From Nymphaea colorata (taxonomy: Eukaryota), in assembly GCF_008831285.2 (NCBI RefSeq), contig NC_045138.2, positions 39,184,001 to 39,248,000 on the forward strand: a stretch of DNA of 64,000 bases, in the 5' to 3' direction. Under the pieces are notes generated by a model. That model was given only the letters and a program-made list of their open reading frames with translations, did not search any database and was not told the origin of the DNA. The position numbers and the translations under genes were made by a program. Every line of letters begins with the position of its first letter. The first letter of the stretch is position 1. Positions 55,301 to 64,000 of the stretch are shown piece after piece.

Positions 55301-58300
55301 TCAAGACTTTCAGGTCCTGTGCTGGTTAGCGGGCTTTTGTTCTGTTTTGCAGTATCAGGCTAATTGATTTTTGCAGTCGTTACAGCGAATTAGAAACCTG
55401 ATTGTGATCCAAGCAGGTTAGTTCCTCCGGCTCTTTAGTTTTCCGGCCCGAGCCTGTTCTCACTCAGGCCAGGACGACGGGTATTCCAAAGCTCAACTGG
55501 TGCCTGACCTTATGGCCACCACTATTTAATTCGACGAAGCCATGATCAAAAGAATATGCTTGCTGGTCTCTTAAGCAAATGTACATGGAAATCCTTGTAC
55601 CTGTTGTCAAATAGGCTGGGCTTCCACGCTACTATCATTTAATAAATCCCCTGTTATAAAAATCTCCATGGCTGCACGACCTTACAAATGATTGAGGAAG
55701 CAGGTCTCACTATCTGGAGGTTGGCTTGGCTTGGCTTGAGCTGGCTTGAATAAGTACCAACGAGCTTGACCAGCTGAAGAATACTTCATCTCTGTCAACT
55801 CAACTTGTACTGGAGACTATTTATTCGTGGTCAATAGTTTATTCTTCGATGAACTGACAAGTTGTTAGGAGGTGATAAATTTCAAATATAAAACGGGTTT
55901 TGATGATACATCCCAAAGGCATCTTTGCCTCTTCCCTCTGTGTCTAGGGCTTGTGAGGGGTTTGATAACTCTAAAAAATTTGTCTTGGAGTGTATTAGAT
56001 GAAACGACCCAAATCTGCTCTCTAAAAGTTTTGGTTTCAGTTAAAAAAAGCCAGAAACTAAGACAACCAACTACTTTTAACAACGCCATTTAAAAGTTTT
56101 TTTCAGAATCTTCAATATGAAACTAAACTCTTCAAAGTGAAGCCTTACAGTCGGAATCGAGGTACATGCCTCCGCACATATGTGACACCAAGTCTGTTCA
56201 TGCAATCAAAGACGGCCCTTGCAGACGGCCTCGTCAGATCTGGAATTTGAAACAAAAGTAGATACTGTTCAAGTAAGGTCGTAAAACAAGAAGTAGATCA
56301 ACTGTGCCAAGCCCATTGATAGAACCACACCAGTTCTTACGGAAGCACTTAACACCATTGGTCTAACTACTGCTTACCTATTTTATTCCCCTAAAAGTTG
56401 AGATTGAACCACACTACCAGACTTTTTTGGCGCATTTATTATGTTGCACATAGAACTAGTAACTTTTTTTTTTTTTGAGAGAGAAAGAGATTAGATTCGA
56501 TAGAATTGATCAAGGAATGAAGAGTTATTCTTTAAAAAGTAGTTGATATTTGCAAAAAGTGTGAACATTTTTATGCAATTAAAATCCAACTGGTTAGCAA
56601 TTTAAATTTAGTGCCTGGTTCCACCTAACAAGACGGTGCGTGGACCATTTCAATCTTGCAAATTTTTTATTTGTTCACATGCTCTCTTAAAATTGACTGC
56701 ATGGGAATTATCGAAGCCTTATATTTAGTGACATACACTTGTTAAATATCAGAAAAATCAATTCACTTACTGCCATCTATATCTTCAAGTCTTAAAAAAT
56801 CATATCTACCAATAAATAAGACATTATCCAAGAATTTATTCCTAGTAAAAAGGTCCACCAAGTGGTGGGGAGTCAGAAATTTAATTTCTACTAAAATGTG
56901 CAAGGCATACAAATTTGAGGCAAAAGATTTTAATTTTTTATTTTTTAAAAATGAGATATATTTTTGTATATTATTATGTATAATAATAGCAAAATAAAAA
57001 ATGTAAATTCATCTTTTGTACTAGCATTTACAACAACTAAATGATTATAGAGTAAAACCAGGCTTTTTTTGCACTTTTAATTTCTGAAACATAGCACATG
57101 CTCTTCCTTAGCTATTACCAAGTTATCATTCTCATATCCCAAAGAATTCCAAACACCCCATGAAGTTAGGGGCCCTCAAGTGCAACCAAAGGGGGCCAAT
57201 ATGAGAAAATATTGACACCTAAAAGTTAAGAGGAGCCAGGTTTTCCTCATCAATATTTAGCTAACCCAATGAACTTAAAAGCATAAAATATTATTTTTTG
57301 AATTTTCTTGAGTAACTTGAGCACATGTCGTCCTACATGAAAATATTATTTTTCAATTGACTTGAATCACATAGACGTGTTTGATTCCCCTGCGTTCCTG
57401 CTGTTCTTGGCCTTGTCACTAGGTACTTCTAGAGAGAGAATGGAAAGAACAAAGGCGGCTGCATTTGTTTGATAATGAACAGAGGCTCCAGGGTGGGTAT
57501 CGGGCCGGGCCGGCCTGGCCTGGGTCTCGTTCCGGGCTCGGTCCGGCCCATTTAAATTAAAAAAATATTTTAATTATAAAATAATATTTTTAATATAAAA
57601 TGTATTTATTAAGAATAAAAAAATGTTATTAAAACAAAAAAAAATTAAAAAATATATATATTTTTTTAACTTACCGGCCTCCATGTGCCTCCATGGATGC
57701 ACAAAAAAAATCAGATATCAGCCCGAGCTACTTAAGAAATGGTATCCCAATAGATTGAGATTTATTTAAATATCCAATCAGATTTGGTTTTAAACAAGTC
57801 TTCTATATCCAATATCCATACGTTCCGAAAGTAGGCAGTTTTGCCGTTTTCGTTTGGTTTAAAAGTTTGATTCGGTTGTGAATTAAAAATTGGATTAGAA
57901 TATAATATAAGTTGTTCTTCATTTATATTAGTTTGTTTGAACATCGAAAGAAGCAAATACTATTGACAACTTGAATCCAATCCATTGACATCACTAATCG
58001 AAACAGCTTCCAAAAATCCATCCTTAATCAAAATAGCTTCCAAAGGATGCATGAATCTACACAATCTTGTTCTAAAACATGTTGTAATATTCTGACTTCT
58101 TTTTGAGAGATATATTTAGTACATTCAAGTATTAAATGAAGAATGAAAAGATACAAATTGCAAGATATTTTCCATAAATTGCTAGCAGCTCAATAAAATG
58201 CCGGAAAAACAAACCATACAACAGAAGTTTTGAAACTATAATTGCTATGAAATAAAATACTGATCTACATAACATTATGCCATTGTTTGTGTTCTTTATT

Positions 58301-59178
58301 TTCTTTTGGAGTGTTGCCTTTTCGATCCTTTTTTAACTGTTACAATATGTTACTTAATATGAAAAAGCGAAATATAAAGACAGCCTCCTTGAAAAAGAAA
58401 ATTTATGTTATTGGAAGACAAAATTTTGTAAAACACATGTTCAAAGAATACCATGTTATTGTTTTAGAAAGCATGCACTATTTCTAGATTCCAAGTCAAA
58501 CACTAGCACATTTTTTGAAACAATAGCATGACGTTCTTGGAGAATGGTTTATAAAAATATGTTTCGTAAAAGCATATTGTTCTTTCCGCATGCCTTCAAA
58601 CGGATGCTTTAATTGCCTACAATCCCTAGAGTAGGGTAAAATATATTGAAGACTTTGACATCTAGCAAAAATTAATCTGCCGTGTAGTCTACAAAGACAC
58701 ATCCGTTAATGGAATGTGTAGTAAATGGTTCTCCAATGGCAAGAAATTTTACCCATTTGATGAATAGCAAAGGAAATATATGACAAAATCTGTCTACTTT
58801 CTCAGTTTAAAAATCATTTAGGAGAAGGGCTTGAACATGTCTGCTTATGTTCTCAGTTTGATTCTTGTGGGTGATAAAGTATGTACAACATTTACTTGCG
58901 GATAAGAAAACAAATGAACATAGGTCGAAAAAAAAATCATGATAGGCATTATCACCCCCTAATTTCCTATAGTAAAATTGAGGGATTTTAGAAATAAAAA
59001 TAAACTTATTTGAAAAAATAGTTGACTCATCAGTTGCAATACTGGGAACTTGGGACTGCAGCACGTAAAATAACCAAAATGAGGAACTTGCAGACCCGGA
59101 TCCAGAGATCCACGAAAGGAGTCCCGGGTCGGGAGCAACACGGACTCGGTACGTCACGTCTTCGTTAGTTCAACCGGC

Positions 59179-60381
59179 GGAGACCACGTTGTCCGGTCGG
59201 AGAGAAAGCTTCGTCCAGGAAACAAACCGTTCGCGGTTTTGGTCTACGCGTGGCCCTTCCCCTTCGGGTGGTACGTTCATGCAGTCTGCCAGCTGGCATT
59301 TCTCCCCCCACGGAAACCCTGTGAATTTACAGAAAACCTTTTAGACTTTCCTTATTTTGGGTGGTATTTTAGGAAACAGTTGGGGTGCTTCTGGTCAATT
59401 GCGCGAGGTTTAGGTGTCCCCCCACATGCGGAATGACAACCGGGTGCGCCCGAAGGCTAGCCGCTAGCGGCCTCTGGGGCGGTTTCCTCTTCTTTCTTCG
59501 CTTTGCCCCCCGTGCTGAAGATAGCCGGAATAATGATCGGGGAGATTTCCAGAGGGAGGACGAGATCGCGTGCTGAGGTTTCCCGGCCTCGCGTCGCCGA
59601 GGAAGGAGTCTGCATCTCCGACGTCGTTTCAGGTCAGTCGGCATCTTCAACCGTTTGAGAGTCGGGACCCTGTCTGATTGACATTAGCGCCTTGATCTCA
59701 TCGAAATCGGCTCAGCGACGGGTTGCGTCTGGGTTACGGAAGTCGTTTGTCATTCATTTGCTTATAATCAATTGCATTTGGGAAAAACTCTTCTCTTCGG
59801 CGTTTTTCTTCAAAACGATGTCTGCTTTTCTCATAAACGGCTGATTTTGTGGGCCATTAGGGCAACGTGAAAGCAAATTAAAATGAGAGAGACTTGGATT
59901 ACTTGCTTTCAGCGAGCCGAAATCCAGGATCTCTCTATGGATCTGTCAAAGTCATGTAAGTTTTCGAGGACCTTTTCTACTTGATCACGGGAGCGTTTTC
60001 AAGGACGTTTTTCACTTAATCACGAGAGAGAACACCGAGTTCTTTCCGAAAATGTTTTGTTAAACGTTCACGGACCTATTCCACGGTTTCGAGTTCAAAA
60101 AAATGTACGTAGTTTTTGACCATTTACGGATCTTCCTCCTGGGGGAACGCAGGGGTTCTTCTTCTTTTCCCCCCTTTTTTCTTGGGAGACAGGGCGATGC
60201 GAGCGTGTCGCTTCTCAGGCGCCAAGTGAGCCTTCTTCCGAACTTGGCGCGATGGGAGGTCGGTCGTCTTTGCCACCGCGTCGCATGCGCACCCAAAGTC
60301 AGTCCCCGTTGGCCGTTACCGGCGGCAAGTTGTGGTGTGCAAATAGGCGTTCGCTTTGTATGACTTTCTCGTGCTCCGTGC
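59179..60381 (+). repeat. Promoter/first-exon/intron module, copy B
   Basis: Diverged collinear copy of 46210-47371, ending about 1.25 kb upstream of the lipase ATG. Confidence 0.88.
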
Positions 60382-61631
60382 ATCATGACGACGTTTCTGG
60401 TTGGAGCCTGAGTCCGCTTTCTCTTTGAACTTAACGCCATTGATTCCGAATATTTGCTTAAGGTGCTTTACTTTTGACAATTTTCTTTATCACGTAGCCG
60501 CCTTTTATATCATCGTATAAAAAGGGGTCTCCTTGGTTTGAACATTTTGTCAGACGGCTGTCACTTTTTTTGTGGTAAATGTTATCAGATGCGGGTTAAG
60601 GCGTGAGAAAAAATTTACTCCCAACATAGAAAAGAAGCTTTTCGCTCTCTGTCTTTCGTATTTATGTCTTCTCTCATAAATACAACTAACTTCGACTTGA
60701 GCAACGAGCTCTGCCCATGACAATCAGAATCGAACCTTACCTGCCCTTGTGCCAGGGAAAGAGTTCAGAGCTTTTGGCCTTCTTTGTATCCCGTGAAATC
60801 GATTGTTGATTCTTAATTCACTTATCCAACGTAAATTTGATGGTTTCCGTACCTACTTCCTTGATCTCAAGTCAGAAGCTGGTTTGGTTTCTTTGTGTGC
60901 ATCTTAGAATATGCTTTTATGGCGGCTTGTATTTAGAGGTATGAGAATGCATGATCCTTTTTCAAAATCGGTGCAAGAGGCTGTGGTTTGTGAAAGGGTT
61001 CCGTCTGTTTCTTAAGTCACGTAAACCATCTACTTCCTGCCAACCTTCCCACTAGATGCTGCCAAAACGTTACCTGAGCAGGAAAGTCGGACGACGTTTG
61101 ATTCCAAGAGTGTGTCCATTTCGTAAGCTCCCGTTTGGTCAAATTGGGCAGTCGAACCGCTTCCGTTCAAGATCATCCCTTTCAATCGATGGTCCTTACC
61201 TTACCTTCCCGAGCTTGCTGGCTGCTGCCTATAACAGTCAGAAACGAGATGCAGAGTCGCTTCCTTGCGGCAAAAGTGGCGGAGGATATTCTTTTGCCAT
61301 TTGTGTTGGAACCGGGAGTGATGAGGTTTGACCGTTCTTTGGAGGCAACCAACGATGGGGTTTGCTGAGAACGGTTGGAGTCTTATTCTAAGTTTAGACG
61401 TCCCATGGTAAATGGTGGTTGTCATTAATAAGTTATTATTTATTTAAATCCTAACTTCCATCTCCTCTTGCCCTTCATCCTTGCAGCGACGCAAAGGGTG
61501 GAACATAAAACGGGACTTCTGCTTGGCTCGTCTGCCCCAAACGGAGTAGTTGAGTAAGAGGGGCGTCGTCCCCACCCCACCCGCCTGGTTTTTTCTTGGC
61601 AGCTCCGCGGCCACCATTTCCATCTCCGGCG

Positions 61632-63923
61632 ATGGCGGCCACGATCCACTATCCGGCCATTGTGAGCAAAGGCATCAGAGACCACTGCAAGATGCGAAGA
61701 TCCATCTCGGATCCGCAGCTACATTGCTCGCTGAACACGAAGGACGCCGCATCCGGTTTGCCGACCGAGACCAACTTGAGAGGCACGGCCAACTCGCAGA
61801 AATCGCTGGGGTTCCTTCCGTTCTCCCTGTCCGCGGGTTCGATCCCTAGCTCCGTGGTCCGGTTCTTCGTGGAGAGGTCGGAGCCGGAGGAGGGCGCGTT
61901 GGTGGAAGCAGAGGAAACGCCGGTGGTGAGAAAGAGCATCGGGAGGGTGAACTGGATCACAAGGTTGCTGGAGCTGAGGAGCGATTGGAAGGGTCGGAAA
62001 AGGGAGGAAGAGGAGGTGAAGTCGGGGGCCGGAGAGGAAGAGGAGGGAGAAAATGTAGCGGAAGACGGTGGGTGTTGGTGTTGTGGGGAGGACTCGGCGG
62101 GGGAGGGAGAGTTGGGACTTGGAGACGTCGTGGAAGATGCGGAGTCGTTCTCGAAGTTCCTGGTTCGAGCCACATTGGACGAAACGCAGGTGTTGGCTCA
62201 GCTCGCATCCCTCTGCTACCACGCGTACTTCATCTCGGAGATCAAGGTATTCCATGTTTCGTTTGATCTTTAGATTGGAAATAGAAATGTTTCAGGTCTC
62301 TACGTAGCGAAACGAGTCTCAGATAAGCCGTTTTTCCTGAAAATATGGGGCCTTTCCTGAAATATCAGGCAAAAGGTGGGTGTGAGTTGGGTGCCTAATG
62401 AATATTTTTCTCTCTCATCTTTTATTCGTTTTCGGTTGGTTCCAGGACATGCTCCCAACGTGACCATGTTTTCATTTAATGGTCAATTTGAATTTTCTAA
62501 TTCCGCTCCCCAAATTTCCTTTAAGTATGTTTTTTCTTGGATATATTTTAGAAACTTGAAAGACTGCAATGCAACTATCATGAGCTGAAGTTGAGAAAGA
62601 GATGAAAAGTAAGTGGAGCCATTTTTAGCTTCCATGAGGGAAGACTAAGATCAAAAGAAGGCAACTTAAAAAAAAAAAAAAAAAAGAAGGAAACGGACGT
62701 GAAACCGGTGTCCTGTCACCGAAAATGTAAAAAATTGACCTTTGATAAGAGGAAACGATTAAATATTAGCGAGAGTGGTCGTTGAGGACTTGGGCGATGG
62801 ATTTGAGTAACTGAGCTGGAATCGGGTGTCAATTCGAATCACATAGATTTTTCTAAACTGAAGTTAATTTATCATAAGAAATTTAACTTTGCCTTCCAAA
62901 TTGTAGCCCGACGAACTGTGGAGGTACCACCGGCTGAGCTACGTCACCTCCTCTCTCGAAAAGAAAGCCAAAGCCAAAGAACTTTGCAAGGCGGGCACTG
63001 GAAACGACTCGCCGGGACTCTCGACTTCAGGAGTGAAGAAGGCGGTCAGGCCATCGGTGGCCTATGAGATTGCCGCCGCCGCCGCTTCCTATCTGCACTC
63101 GAGGTCGAGGAGGTTGCTTCCGTTCGCAGCCAGGGCCCACAATGGCACCGACTCCGCCAGACACTGCGAGTGTGGTGGTGATTTCTCTAGCCCTGGGGCT
63201 TCCAAGTCAGAGATGGCGGCTTATGTGGCAGCGTCGACCGTAACGGCGGTGGTGGCAGCAGAGGAGGAGGCGAAGAAGGAGGCGGCCAAGAATCTGCGAT
63301 CCCTGCACTCATCGCCTTGTGAGTGGTTCGTCTGCGACGATGATGCCGCGCACACTCGTTGCTTCGTCATTCAGGTCAGCCTCTCTCCATGCCTGCAACA
63401 ATCGAATCGAGCCCGGACTCATTACGAGCCAAGTTTTACCACCGCACGTCCCATTTGCGATTCCAGGCGCGGAGAGCAAATCTGGTCCAAAGTTTAGGGC
63501 CCAAAATGGTCGAGGGCGCCCGTAGCTGCCGTCCATCTCAAAGATGAACGGCTTGAGAAATTGATGAATGTGGCTGTGTTTCATTTCTAGTGGGGCACCA
63601 AATGGAAGTTCTGTTGGCTGTTGCATATTTGAATCGCGTCTTACGACAAAAAAAATGATACAAGAACGCAAGAAAAGGAATCCGTTCATCTTGATGATGA
63701 ACGGAATCCTAGCGGCCTCGGGCATGGGGTTGGACTAGTATCAAGAAGTGGCATAAAGTGTATCATCGTTTCCGCTGTGTGCCTGGTGATAGAAGTTTTA
63801 GCAACAGTCTACTCTGAGGTGTTTTAACTTATAAGTGATTTTGAGTCCATTTATCTGTAACAGGGGTCAGACAACTTGTCGTCATGGCAGGCCAATCTAT
63901 TCTTCGAGCCTACACCTTTTGAG
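61632..63923 (+). CDS. PLIP1: Plastid lipase / phospholipase A1, PLIP1-like (lipase class 3); 3'-incomplete, first three exons
   Basis: Exons 61632-62246, 62907-63374, 63864-63923 (GT-AG, phase 0). Motifs RRSISDPQL, NWITRLLELR, ESFSKFL...QLASLCYHAY.I.EIK, YVTSSLEKKA, AYEIAAAAASY, TAVVAAEEE, SSPCEWFVCDD..TRCFVIQGSDNLSSWQANLFFEPT. The catalytic GHSLG region lies beyond the window. Confidence 0.9.
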
Positions 63924-64000
63924 GTAAAATAAAAAGGAGGAAGAATTTCTCTGTTTGGTAGACTTGGTAGTATTCAAAGTAGAAGGCTGACGGTCTTTGT

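Noticed and set aside
61649..62266. Antisense and alternative-frame ORFs over lipase exon 1
   Set aside because: Expected shadow ORFs of a GC-rich exon.

Overview
Eukaryotic (flowering-plant) nuclear DNA, AT-rich and dense in transposon debris. I read five protein-coding genes. (1) An 8-exon B1-type cyclin-dependent kinase (CDKB1, minus, 2871-6688). (2) An intronless DREB A-6 AP2/ERF factor of the ERF061 type (minus, 19502-20368). (3) A 10-exon DEAD-box RNA helicase of the RH26/RH31/RH25 clade (plus, 36195-44663). (4) A 75-aa small plant protein of unknown function (plus, 49307-49534). (5) The first three exons of a PLIP1-like plastid class-3 lipase (plus, from 61632, running off the window). 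Non-genic structure includes a complete 461-bp TRIM retrotransposon with TSD in the helicase intron 2, a probable ~4-kb LTR remnant directly upstream of CDKB1, several MITE-like repeats, microsatellites, and an old local segmental duplication (~42330-47371 copied at ~54060-60381). The duplication left a helicase pseudogene fragment and a second copy of a promoter/first-exon module in front of the lipase. Gene calls rest on motif recognition and manual splice-site reading; no database search was run. I see no convincing wholly new gene system. The best leads are the duplicated promoter module, the TRIM, the coding tandem repeat in the helicase, and a candidate uORF of ERF061.
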